A stretch of 63,128 nt of DNA, filler included, from Aduncisulcus paluster (Eukaryota), in the NCBI GenBank assembly GCA_024181965.1. It is 8 parts of 8 records of this genome, joined end to end, with 100 filler letters (N's around TTAATTAATTAA, not from the genome) between each part and the next. Parts side by side here need not be neighbours in the genome. Positions count along the whole stretch, not along the records: positions 10,748 to 16,355 come from BQXS01011016.1; positions 16,456 to 24,532 come from BQXS01011017.1; 6 more parts are not named here. The stretch is one strand, 5' to 3'. A program made the translations under genes and the position numbers. Positions 11,256-22,477 of the stretch are shown here, one piece after another (position 1 is the stretch's first letter; the number at the start of each line of letters is the position of its first letter). The notes beneath the pieces were generated by a model. The model saw only the letters and a list, made by a program, of their open reading frames with translations. It ran no database searches and was not told the DNA's origin.

Positions 11256-12401
11256 ATGAGTTCTTCCACCGAAATACAAATTGTAAAACCAGAGTTTATT
11301 CATGAAGGATATATTTTTAATTGCTGTCCAATTCCTAGAGATTCCCCGAATATTAAGAGTTCAGAGATCCCAAGTATCACAGCTATAGTTAGAACACAGG
11401 AAGAAGATGATGGAGAGTACGATCAAAGTGTTAAAGCACAAAAGATGATGAAAGGAGAGTATAATGATGGATTTTTTACCCATATCTCGATTCCTTTCTC
11501 CTCATGTTCCCCAATGAAAGGGGCTTATATCTGTCTGAATGGTTATTGGTATCCTCCAGAATATCTTACCTTCACTCTCACATCTTCAAAGGGTGAGAAA
11601 ACATCCAAGAAATACGAATTTCCTAAATTTGAAGGTAGTCCTTGGTATTTTCTTCCCGTTGATCTCCCTGATGTTGTTTTGTGTGAGATTACAGGGAAAG
11701 GAAGAGAGGGAAAGAATTTTGGAATCCTCTCCCTCGTTTTCATTAGGGAAGAATCTTATGAAGAAATCAAAACTCGTGAAGCCAGAGAGAAACTATGGTC
11801 TGAAGCTCAAGTTGTGAAACCAGAGTTTGTTACGGAAGGAGATGAAGAATCTGAAGGTAGAGATTCTATTCCCATTCTACGAGATGATCCCAAGCTTGTA
11901 GCTCCTTTATTCTCAATGGTTAAGTGCAAGAAAGATTCGGTTTGTAAGGAATCTGAGGAGTATGATAAGAGTTCAGAAGCACAAAGAATGTTAAAAGGAG
12001 AATGTTGTGTTTGTTTATCCCATCTTTTCGTTCCTTTTCCATCACCTAGTCCTCTGAAAGGTGCTTATATCTGTGTGAGTGAGTATGGCAGTTCACCCTC
12101 TCTTCTCTTCACTTTCACTGATTGTGATGGCAAGAAGACAGTCAAGAAGTATGAATTCACAAGACCTAAACATAAATACGAATGGTACTTCCTTCCTATT
12201 GATTTGGATAATGTTGTAGTGTGTGAGATTGAAGGGAAAGGAAGATGGTATGATAAGAATAGTCGAGATTTCTGGATCAACTCCCTCGTATTTACTATGC
12301 CAGAAGAAATAGTTGTGAGTGAACTATTATCCCTTCTGCCATGGGAACATTCCAAAGATGATATCATGACAAAACTTGAGAATACATGCTTTTTTGGATA
12401 G
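11256..12401 (+). CDS. Lineage-specific protein with two tandem ~180-aa repeated domains
   Basis: Twice-repeated motifs VKPEF..EG, IP..RD.P, SP(M/L)KGAYIC, KKYEF, WYFLP(V/I)DL..VV.CEI.GKG. First ATG at 11256. Confidence 0.8.
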   Translation: MSSSTEIQIVKPEFIHEGYIFNCCPIPRDSPNIKSSEIPSITAIVRTQEEDDGEYDQSVKAQKMMKGEYNDGFFTHISIPFSSCSPMKGAYICLNGYWYPPEYLTFTLTSSKGEKTSKKYEFPKFEGSPWYFLPVDLPDVVLCEITGKGREGKNFGILSLVFIREESYEEIKTREAREKLWSEAQVVKPEFVTEGDEESEGRDSIPILRDDPKLVAPLFSMVKCKKDSVCKESEEYDKSSEAQRMLKGECCVCLSHLFVPFPSPSPLKGAYICVSEYGSSPSLLFTFTDCDGKKTVKKYEFTRPKHKYEWYFLPIDLDNVVVCEIEGKGRWYDKNSRDFWINSLVFTMPEEIVVSELLSLLPWEHSKDDIMTKLENTCFFG

Positions 12402-12611
12402 GATCTGACATCTTGTGGAACCAAATCATCTGGGAAAAGGATGACTTCCCCTGAGAAATATTGAGTTTTTTGGTTGGAAATGAATCTTCATTATGGGGAT
12501 TCTAACTCCTTAGCTCTGAGTGCATTTACCATCATTTTGGTTAAGAATAATCATTATTCAATAATGAAATTCTCTTCGTTATGTTGGTGTTGTATACTAT
12601 TCTATGCTGTT

Positions 12612-12723
12612 AAGATATGATGAAAGGAGAGTATAATGGTCTGTCTGTCCCAATAACTTATTGGGGTGTTGAACACATATCTCCATTCCTTTCTCTTCCT
12701 CTTCTCCAATGAAAGGCGCTATA
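12612..12723 (+). pseudogene. Degenerate fragment of the same repeated-domain family
   Basis: ATGATGAAAGGAGAGTATAATG and CATATCTCCATTCCTTTCTC...CCAATGAAAGG match ~11446-11525; no intact ORF. Confidence 0.65.
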
Positions 12724-12845
12724 CTATTATACTTCCTCCAGTAAAAAAGCTTTTTTAAAAAGTATTACTGCAAAAAGTTACTTCGTTTTTCCCACGTTAA
12801 AATAAAATATTAGAACCATACGATGAACAGTTGTTCTGAACTATC

Positions 12846-15800
12846 CTATTTCATGGAAATGGGTGGCAATTTCCACGATGGATTGCTTCTTGAAATGGCT
12901 TTCTCTTTCTCCTCATTCTCTCCACTCACAATGTATATTGGGGTCTGAATTTCAGGGGCTAAAACACTCATGTTATATCCAATAATAGCCTTTGGCAAGA
13001 ATGGATGCCATGACACTGCTCCAGAACGAACAGGGAAATCAGTGTCGATGGAAAATGTTTGACGAATTATCCCAGACAATGGATCAACACAGTAACATCC
13101 ATTGATAGCCGGAACAAGCAAGAAAGAGCCCGTGGGTGACAAGGAACATCTTGTTAGACCCAAAAATCCATACAATGAAGATTCTTCCTTTTCATGCTCA
13201 CTTCCAGTGCCGGTGACTCCTAAGTCATGGCCTGAATGTGGACTACCAAGCCCTTGATGAGCTTGATCTGTTCCCATGCCTCCAGTTTGCTCCCCCCTTA
13301 TTCCCGTGATGGTTGGTAATGTGCTTTTCTTGATCATCTTTTCTCCCAAGTAACGATTTACACATCTCCCACGTCTGACATCAATTACACTAACACATGT
13401 AATCCCCACGCCACGTTCTTGATTGACTGCAGCGATGAATGGAGGGGTAGGAGGAGGCAAAGGTGATATAAATCCTGGGAGAATAATAGGCAAGACATGG
13501 GTAATGTTAAGACCATGGAGAACATCTTCCCCCAATTGACATACCTTCCGAATGGAAAAGTTAAGGAAGGAATCAGATGTTGTGGCGGACTTAGTGATCG
13601 GAGTGCAGATGAACGCCTTGCCCAACTCTTCGATCTCCCACATAAAGACACATCCAGAAGCATCAGCTGTAATGATTCCCATTCCGTCATGAGTAAAAGT
13701 AACGCTGTTTACACGCTGGGAGTGGGCATCGTGGGTCTCTTTGTCAACATTGAGGAGAAGCATGGAATCAGTGTTGATAGTGGAACCAATTCGATTCTCA
13801 ATGGCGAAAAACTTCACTGAGCAATCACTACAGCTTGTTGCAAGCACAAAGAATACAGGTGTCTTTTTGATCTCGGAGCCAACGGCCTTCTTTCTTGCTC
13901 GAGAGATAGACGGATGCAGAGGAAGACCGGCAGAGGCTGTCTTGGCATGTCCACTGGTTCGTTTTTTCATAGTTTCGCGGATAGCTTTTAAGTTGATTGG
14001 GCGGACCTTACTCACGGGGCCAGCTCTGAGAGTATCTTCACCAAACATAGATTTTCCAGAGTGAATTTTGGGAGAAACAGAACCGGACCCTCCAGATCTC
14101 GTGGCTACAAATGAACTCTTATCGCCACTAAACCCAGTAGCCATATCTGTTGCCAAAACAGTTGAGAAATCTCGATCAAGACTCTTGCTTCTTCCATCTT
14201 CCTCTTCCTCTTCCTCCTCTTCCTCTTCTTCTTCTTCATATGGGTCATAATACTCTTCATATTCATAGTCTTCAGATTCACCTTCTTCTCTCCTCTTCCT
14301 CTTCCTCTTCTTCTTTCCATGTGTCACGCATGGCATGAAGTTGAGACTATATACAACTCCAACATCAAATACACAGAGTATACTTCTGGAGGTACATTCA
14401 ATTGATTGAGGAAGACTTCCAAAAGAAGTCGAAAACACATCGCTCCGAAGAATAGAGACCACACTGTCTTTTGTCGATGGAACAGCAATCATTTTAGAGT
14501 CAGGTGAAAAAGCTATGTCATAGACAAATCCGAGAAAGGGTCCATATTCACACAAACACTCGCCACGGTCAGCATCGAATATCCTAACAATGCAAATTCC
14601 TTCGATAAGAGAGACACAGATTCCTGCTGCGAACAAGACACCATTTGGACTCCATTTTGTACATATTACACATTCATCTTCTTGTGGAACAACTCCACAC
14701 ACATGTTCGATTGCTTTAGGTTTCAAACCTTTATGAATGCCTTTCTTCCACTTTTGTCGCATCAACGTTCGTAATTCCCGCATTCTCAATGTTAACGATA
14801 AGCTATATTGTGAAGGAGTAAGAGCATTGTCTAAATCCTTTGTAAAGTGAACAGTCCGGTCCTCTTCTTCTTTCTTACCCCTTTTAACATTCTTTTTCCC
14901 TTTCTTCCCTTTCTTCCCACTGTCTGCTTCTTCTTTTCCGGTGCCATCTTTCCGATGTCTAAACTTCTTACTCTTAATCTCAACACAAAGAGTTGCACCT
15001 TCAAACTTTTCTACCCTCCTCAGCTTACCTATATTACATTTACCCACTGTTGTCACACTGATGGACTCAGACAACAGACCAGAGCCACAAATGCAGCACA
15101 AACCATGGCAGCACCCACCACCACAACGGCCATGATGTCCACAACAGCATCCCAATGCATTGTCGCGTCGAATACTTTGCCTTTTGACCAACATCAACAC
15201 AGAGAGACCGAGGAGAGAGGAGAAAGGTATGGAAGATAAGGAAACAATGTTGAAAAGGGAAGGGGGATAATACAAGGGCAAATGAAGAGGGTGTCCAATG
15301 AAAAGATCGGCATGAGGCGGGAGGGGGGGTAGTTTAAGCTGCTTAGGGACTTGGACTGGGGGGAGGGATGGAGAAAGAGAAGGAGTGGCTGAGGTTGAAC
15401 GTTCTCGGCCAATCATTCCATCTTCTTCACGACGACGAGAACTGCTTCTGGCTGAAAAATTGTCTTCGGAGTCTTTGTCTTTCTTCCTACTTCTAAAATG
15501 CTCAGAATCCTCATCTTCTTCATATTCTTCTTTTCTATCTTGTTCATCCGAATAAGATGCTGATGAAGAAGACGATCCTTCTCCTCCCTTTTTTCTTTTT
15601 TTAGAAGGAGAGGACGTTGACTGTTTCTTCTTATGTTTGGACTTACTGTGTATGTCTTTGCCTTTTATATCCTTCTTTGACAGTGATGATAGCCTTGAAT
15701 GCTGCTTGTCTTTGGTTTTCTCTTCTTCTTCTTCACCTTCGCTGGGTTTTGATTTCAGATCCTTTTGCTTTTTCCTGATGGTCTCTTCCTCTTCCTCTTC

Positions 15801-16355
15801 CTCTTCCTCTTTCTCATCTCCTTCTCCTCCCTTTTTTCTTTTTTTAGAAGGAGAGGACGTTGACTGTTTCTTCTTATGTTTGGACTTACTGTGTATGTCT
15901 TTGCCTTTTATATCCTTCTTTGACAGTGATGATAGCCTTGAATGCTGCTTGTCTTTGGTTTTCTCTTCTTCTTCTTCACCTTCGCTGGGTTTTGATTTCA
16001 GATCCTTTTGCTTTTTCCTGATGGTCCTCTTCCTCTTCCTCTTCCTCTTTCTCATCTCCTTCTTTTCCCTTTTTCTTTTCTTTTCTTCTTTCACTTTTGC
16101 CCTTTTTATGCTCTTTTTTCCGACCTTTTTGAGAATCCTCCTCAATTTCACTACTTTCATCTCGATGGGCTCTCAAATCATGGGAAGCAGACGATTTGAG
16201 CCATTGGATCTGTTGTTTCCAGGCTATTTCTCGTTCTAAATCCTTATTCAAGATCTTTTGTTCATTTTTTGAAAGAGGAACATGTTCGGATCCATCTTCA
16301 ATCCAACGTAGAGCTTCAGAGGGCCAAAAATAACTCCAAGCAATGGTTTTCCATC
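12846..16355 (-). CDS. AHI1: Jouberin (AHI1)-like ciliary transition-zone WD40 protein, 5'-partial, apparent frameshift near 16026
   Basis: WKTIAWSYFW (upstream frame, from 16353) and LHLPLYYPP resemble the AHI1 IAWAFL and LRLQLYYPP motifs. Followed by KWK...WSPNGVLFAAG, VYDIAFSPD, HSQRVNSVTF, SPTGSFLL and SWHPF WD40 blades in AHI1 order. Confidence 0.7.
15577..16062. repeat. 243-bp tandem duplication inside the AHI1-like gene
   Basis: TIRKKQKDLKSKP...KKRKKGGEG encoded twice; CCTTCTCCTCCC at 15577 and 15820. Confidence 0.9.
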
Positions 16356-16455
16356 NNNNNNNNNNNNNNNNNNNNNNNNNNNNNNNNNNNNNNNNNNNNT
16401 TAATTAATTAANNNNNNNNNNNNNNNNNNNNNNNNNNNNNNNNNNNNNNNNNNNN
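16356..16455. other. Artificial contig linker
   Basis: N44-TTAATTAATTAA-N44. Confidence 0.98.
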
Positions 16456-17536
16456 TTCCACTCAGATCATATCCATCGAGATTCAACTCTGTCAGACCAG
16501 TGGCATACTCGAGACCTTGGAGAGATGATACATTGCCATAGGGAGTGATTACATCTGTGGATAAATTGAGAGATCCAGACACAGTAGAACGAATAGAAGC
16601 AACAGAGATCATGCCTGTGGACTCAGCGATATCAGGATAAGTGTCAATGATATAGGATCGAATGTTGTCATCATGGACAGTGTAACAGATCAGATCATCA
16701 TTAAGATAATATGTTTTGGCAATAGATGAGCATTGTTTTTGAGGAGGGGATACATTATTGTTATAAATTTCATTGCGAGTGATATATGGACAATCAGCAA
16801 CCCCAGCGCATGAATTACTTCCAATGGGACAACTATTGTACAGAAACAATGGATTTAAATCGCTTGAATTAGAATAATAATGAGCAGGAAATACATCATG
16901 GAGGAAGGAATAGAATTCAGCATCAGATTCTGCACGACATATTGGTGAAGACAGGTACGAAGTTGAGAAATAGTTTGAAATAGAGGATAAAGCCGCAGTT
17001 CGTAGTTCATACATCCCAACATTGCGATAAAGAGAAGAGATGTCATTCAGTAGGCTTCCACCTCCAATGTAAACTTGGGCAAACCGAGAGAGGTTTTGAA
17101 GATCAGACATATTTGTGAGGGTATGAGGAGAGTAATATGGTGAAGAAAGTTGAATGTTCAAGAGATAAAGCTGAGTCAAGTTGGAAAGTGGCTGAATATT
17201 CGAAATTTGAGTATTTTCCGCGATAATTCCCGCACCACTGATAAAATACTGAAGGCCTTCAATATCGTATAAATTTTGCATGTTTGAAATATCTAGGCAA
17301 TCATAAATATCAGCTATTTCATATTTTGAAATATCACATGTAATGAAATAGTCATCCCAGGAAACAAGACAGAGTTGTTGTCGCAAATCTGAAGATGGGA
17401 TATAAACTTGGTATGGATCTGGATTTGAGCAAGATATCAAAAAGAAAAGCCAACAAATAGAAAACATAAACAAATAAACTCGACCACAAAAGCACATGGC
17501 GAGTTTTCGTAAATTTCTAACGTAAGGATTCTCCAT
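16456..17536 (-). CDS. Leucine-rich-repeat/Cys-rich surface protein, 3'-partial
   Basis: Hydrophobic leader, YQVYIPSSDLRQQLC cap, LRRs (ISNIQPLSNLTQLYLL; VSSLQGLEYATGLTELNLDG). Start codon uncertain (ATG 17536 or a downstream ATG). Confidence 0.75.
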
Positions 17537-17832
17537 GGCGACAAAATAAACAATATAAATACAAAATAAACAAGATAAAATTAGTTCAAATGAAAAGTGC
17601 AAAGAAATAAAGACAATTTCGTCTTCTCGAATCAAATTCTGTATGGATCCTAAATATTGCAATTATGTAAAAGAAAAAATTTTCTTTATTCAATTTCATT
17701 TTAATTGCTACAAAAATAAAGTTCAAAATAGAATTCTTCCACAAATAGAAATATTCCAGTATTTCTTCGGAAAACAACTATTGTGGAATATCTGCTCAAT
17801 TTTCTTTATTTTTTAGTTGATATATTATTAAA

Positions 17833-20800
17833 ATGAACTTCTATTTCGTAGTTACTACCTTCTTTTGTTTCTGTTTCTTTTCATGTACAGTATCCTTTGA
17901 TTCTAACGAGAATTATCAAGTGTATATCCCGGACCCTTATCTAAGAGAACAACTATGTGATGAAATTCAAGGCTATTCAGCTCCTTCAAACTGTGACTTG
18001 ACCCTATCAGAAATGAATGATGCAGAGCTTGATAGTATTGAATTATACGATGTGTATTCTGTAGAAGGTTTAGAATACATTCTAGGTCTTCAGGAGTTAT
18101 CTCTCGTATCAGGAGTATTTGATTTTCAGCCTTTATCACAACTCCCAAACTTAACAAGTCTAGATTTTGAGTCTAATACGATCAATTTTATAGTTAATGA
18201 TTCATTTTTCGGCTTGGTACATCTCCAAAGCTTCATACTGCGGACTACTAATAGTAATATGGATGGGTTCCTTTATCTTCACTCTTTGTTCTTTTCACAT
18301 AAACTTCCATATTTTTATCTTGATACTAGTTCAGTATTTGATGTTTCTCCAGTGTATAAAAATGTAAAGGCGAAATTATATCTTATTGGAGCAAATGTAT
18401 GCCATTCAGAAGAAGAGGAAGAATTTGTTTCTTATTTCTCTGGAATATTTCGGGATTCTTCAGCTTATGTTACCTCTATATCCTGTTCACTCGAAACCTT
18501 GGATGATAGTGGTCAATGTGACCCAACTGATCCATTGTGTCCTTCCATTGTCCACAATGAGGTGTACAACCCCTACTCTTGGAATGGCACTGGGAATATT
18601 CCAGGTTCCAAGGAGTGTTCATACATTTCTCTTCGTGAAGAAGATCCTCTTGATTCTTCTAGTTTTGTATGTCATACTATCCATGATGCGACTCTGCGAA
18701 AAGTCATTAACATTGCTCTTGGGAATGATAATGTTGATTCGTTCATATCTGTTACTGATATGCGACAACTCTCTGGTGATTTGGATGTCAATGCCATTAT
18801 TACTGATAATCCTGATCAATTCGATGAGACTGACATAATCAGTTCCCTGAGAGGAATTGAATATGCTCTTTCATATGTGTCCAATGAATATGTTGGTCTC
18901 ACCTCCATAACTGTGTCTGGCCATAACATTGAAGACATTGAACCCTTAAGATATCTCGTTACTCTGACTTCCATCGATATCAGTGATAACCAAGTGTCTG
19001 ATGTTTTCCCTCTTTTTGAGTTATCTAATCTCGAGAATCTTAATCTATCGAACAATCCAATTGATCCTACAACCTTTACAGTGGCTTCCCTCACCTCTAT
19101 GTTCACCCAGACGGACATCACAATCCAGGTGGAGAACATTGGTGGAACAACTCAATGTGGAACTGAAAGTGCGACCATGCCTCTGGATTCACATGTTGTG
19201 TGCCGTCGTGAAGAAGATGATTATCTTCTTGATTGTGCCTACGGGTATTACATTACATCTGATTCGGATGACATTGTCTGTTCTGATCAGCCGAATAATA
19301 TATGTCTTGGAAAGTATCCCATGAAATCGTGTGTCATATCAGACAACTCACTTTATCCATTCTGGAGATGTGTCAATGGGAAATATGGGCCCCAATGTTC
19401 ATATTCTGTTGATATTCCAGATGTCAGGCTTCGCATGAAACTCTGTGAGATTATCTATGGTCAGTATGGCACGTGTGATCTCACTGAACACAATTTAAAT
19501 ACTTATTCCGGAGATGATGGATTCTTAGATCTTTCCTCAAGCCTAATATCTAATTTGAGTGGAATTGAGAATTTATCCAAGATTTCCGAGCTTGATATCT
19601 CATCTTGTGGAGGAAACAACGAATCGGACTATGATAACGGAAACTTTTTGACCAACGCTATACAACCTCTGATCAATATGCCCAGTTTATCATCGTTGAA
19701 TATTGATTGTAGATTAAATGTCGGGTATGAATTAGTTGTCTACGTGGGAAATGTTTGGGGAAATCTCGAGAAATTTTCGATGGCTTATGCAGATTTTGGT
19801 GATCCTTACGGCTATAATATTGATGTTGAAGCGCGGTCTGCTTTGAAAATGAAATCTCTTAATTTGAGTGGATTTCGTCTTGGGTATTTTGATTTTTTGT
19901 CTGATTTTCCGAATTTGGAAGAATTATATATATCTGATCTGAAATCTTATCCTTGGTCTCCTATCTTACAAAGCTTGCGGAATCTTCCGAACCTCAAATA
20001 TTTAGATATTAATAATTCTTATTTTTACAAATTGGAAGATTTCATTGACAATCTGCCATCCCTTGAATATTGGGATTTAAGGGATGCAAAAGTTAGCTAT
20101 ATCTCATCTTTAACCACACTAGATCTGTTTTTAATTGGTAAGAAGAAATTGAAAGAGCTTTACCTTGATGGTTTGCATCATATTACTTCAATTCCATTTA
20201 TTGATCTCAACTTGATGACTACTTTATCAGTTAATTCTTGTAACATTTATGACATTAGCGGTTTGTTCTTTTTCGATGATATAGAATATCTTGATCTTGA
20301 TAATAATTATTTTTTCTATAATAATGACATAGATAAGGAGAGAATCCAGAATTTTCTTCATCCTTCCTCTGGAAAAGGAGTATTTCCTAATATTGGTGAT
20401 GATAGTTCATATTTGACCCAAAATCTTTCATCGGATGAATCGAAAGGTGAAATTAATATCTATAATAACCATACGTGGAATTCTCATGGTTCTCATTTTT
20501 GTTCACAAATATCCAAATATGTGAAATCGAAAGATATTGATGAAAATTCGTGGGATTACTGTCAAACTGTGCATGATCGTCAACTCCGCGAGTATCTGTG
20601 CGAGTCTGTATTTAGAAACTCGAAAGACTGTTTCATTCGAGTTGATCAATTACGAAACCTCTCTGCTTCGGATATAAATTCATCTTCTCCTGGCCATCTT
20701 GATCTCTCTAATCTTTCAATCAACTCCCTTCGAGGGCTTGAGTTTATGACATCTCTCACCTTTCTTGATCTTTCCTCCAACAATATTGATGATTATACAC

Positions 20801-21576
20801 CCATTTTATATCTTCCAAACCTCATAAATATCAATTTATCCTCCAATCCAATCTGTGCAAAATCTTCCGCTGATCTTTTAAGGTTTGTCAAGCTTGAATA
20901 TTGTTCGAAACATCCTAGTAATACAGCTTGTCTGTCCGAGTCATTAGTCATTGTTGCGGATTCAATAAGGTGTCCAGCATGCAGTGGAGATGTGATAGAT
21001 GCTGATATCGTTACAAACAATTCAATTTGTCACCTGGGAATGGTTCAATGTCGTTTGGGTTATGGTCTCCATGTTGAAAATCAGCGGTGTATTAAAAGCA
21101 CAAATAATACTTGCCATATTTGTGATGCAATTGGGTCTATATGTGTTGCAAGTGATTGGCTTGACACATATAGCTTTTCTTGTGAGTGTATGTTGGGTGG
21201 GGATATTGATAGTGGTTCCATTCATGAAGCTCAAAGATGTGGATATCCGGGAGCTTGTTCTCCAAGTACCTATTCTTGCAACTTTTCTGCTCAAACTGAA
21301 ATTGTTGAACATGAAATTTCGTCATATCTGCGGGTTACCAAAGGATATTATTCTACTTCTATTACAATGGAGACATGTGAATGTATGGAGGGGACAAGAA
21401 TGGATAATAATTATAAATGTCTTCCAAAATCAAACTTTTGGATCTGGCTCGGCCCTTGTATTTTTAGTACCCTCATTATTATCGCCTTTTTCATCGTTTT
21501 TCTGGTCAAAAAGAAAACAAACTCGGATATTAGTTTAATTCACGAAGAACGTTCATTAAATGATGTTCGCGATTGA
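17833..21576 (+). CDS. Type I membrane protein with internalin-like LRRs, Cys-rich/EGF-like modules and C-terminal TM
   Basis: Signal peptide, repeated IPDxxLRxxLC caps, LxxLxLSxNxI repeats, Cys-rich segments, TM FWIWLGPCIFSTLIIIAFFIVFLV then KKK. Confidence 0.88.
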   Translation: MNFYFVVTTFFCFCFFSCTVSFDSNENYQVYIPDPYLREQLCDEIQGYSAPSNCDLTLSEMNDAELDSIELYDVYSVEGLEYILGLQELSLVSGVFDFQPLSQLPNLTSLDFESNTINFIVNDSFFGLVHLQSFILRTTNSNMDGFLYLHSLFFSHKLPYFYLDTSSVFDVSPVYKNVKAKLYLIGANVCHSEEEEEFVSYFSGIFRDSSAYVTSISCSLETLDDSGQCDPTDPLCPSIVHNEVYNPYSWNGTGNIPGSKECSYISLREEDPLDSSSFVCHTIHDATLRKVINIALGNDNVDSFISVTDMRQLSGDLDVNAIITDNPDQFDETDIISSLRGIEYALSYVSNEYVGLTSITVSGHNIEDIEPLRYLVTLTSIDISDNQVSDVFPLFELSNLENLNLSNNPIDPTTFTVASLTSMFTQTDITIQVENIGGTTQCGTESATMPLDSHVVCRREEDDYLLDCAYGYYITSDSDDIVCSDQPNNICLGKYPMKSCVISDNSLYPFWRCVNGKYGPQCSYSVDIPDVRLRMKLCEIIYGQYGTCDLTEHNLNTYSGDDGFLDLSSSLISNLSGIENLSKISELDISSCGGNNESDYDNGNFLTNAIQPLINMPSLSSLNIDCRLNVGYELVVYVGNVWGNLEKFSMAYADFGDPYGYNIDVEARSALKMKSLNLSGFRLGYFDFLSDFPNLEELYISDLKSYPWSPILQSLRNLPNLKYLDINNSYFYKLEDFIDNLPSLEYWDLRDAKVSYISSLTTLDLFLIGKKKLKELYLDGLHHITSIPFIDLNLMTTLSVNSCNIYDISGLFFFDDIEYLDLDNNYFFYNNDIDKERIQNFLHPSSGKGVFPNIGDDSSYLTQNLSSDESKGEINIYNNHTWNSHGSHFCSQISKYVKSKDIDENSWDYCQTVHDRQLREYLCESVFRNSKDCFIRVDQLRNLSASDINSSSPGHLDLSNLSINSLRGLEFMTSLTFLDLSSNNIDDYTPILYLPNLININLSSNPICAKSSADLLRFVKLEYCSKHPSNTACLSESLVIVADSIRCPACSGDVIDADIVTNNSICHLGMVQCRLGYGLHVENQRCIKSTNNTCHICDAIGSICVASDWLDTYSFSCECMLGGDIDSGSIHEAQRCGYPGACSPSTYSCNFSAQTEIVEHEISSYLRVTKGYYSTSITMETCECMEGTRMDNNYKCLPKSNFWIWLGPCIFSTLIIIAFFIVFLVKKKTNSDISLIHEERSLNDVRD

Positions 21577-21984
21577 ATTTTTTTTTCTTCAAAATCCTTT
21601 TCCTCATTTTTGCCCTTGTAAAAGAACCTTTTATTTGTTTGTATTAGATCTTTCTTCGGGATCTTCCTCGTTCAACACATCTTGGTTGTTTGAACCTGCC
21701 TAAAATGTGTTGATTGACATTGAGTGTTTATACTCTGTTATTTTTATTTGTCTCTTTGTAAATATGTTAGATTTGTTGGTCTATTATCTTTTGTGAGTGT
21801 CCTGTTTATCATATTTCTTCGAAAATTGTTGAATGATAGTCCTTTTTCTGAGCATAAAATGAACAAAAACAAGAATACCTCCCCCCCTCCCAAGAATATT
21901 GTTTTAAACCCATTATCTTTGTTATTCCTCATCTCTCTCGGAATAAAGACTATCCTTCTAGCGATTTTATTCCTCCTTCATCTC

Positions 21985-22260
21985 TCACGACAAAGGCAGA
22001 ATAACAATGTTATTAACATACATCTCTCCAGCCACTCTGGCAGTACTACCCTCCACACACTTCCATCCCCATACCCTCGCACCAGAAACACCGAGATAAT
22101 CTCCAAGTTCCTCAACAGAAATCTCATAGAAGCCTGGAGCACGGAGATATTCAAGAATATGCTCGAGGCAAGGACCACCAAAAACAGGTCTGGGGACATG
22201 ATCATCCTTCTCTTCTTGCTCTTCTTTTTCCTCCTGAACTTCAGTTCCTTGTCCTTCTTG
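21985..22260 (-). pseudogene. Protein-like reading frame without a start (possible gene relic)
   Basis: QEGQGTEVQEEKEEQEEKDDHVPRPVFGGPCLEHILEYLRAPGF... bounded by in-frame stops on both sides. Confidence 0.3.
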
Positions 22261-22477
22261 CGTTGAACAATCCCCACATTAATCAGTTAGTTCTCGGGAG
22301 CAAATTTCATATGATAAGCTCTCTCTTCAACTCTTTTGACGGTCAACCACCGGATGCAGCTACTTGTGTAACCTTGGATCCCTAACAAAGTCGTAGCATT
22401 GGTTTTTCCATCTGTGATGATAAAATGAAACCAAATTTTATCTTTTATTCTTCGATTTTACAAAATATTTCTTCAAA

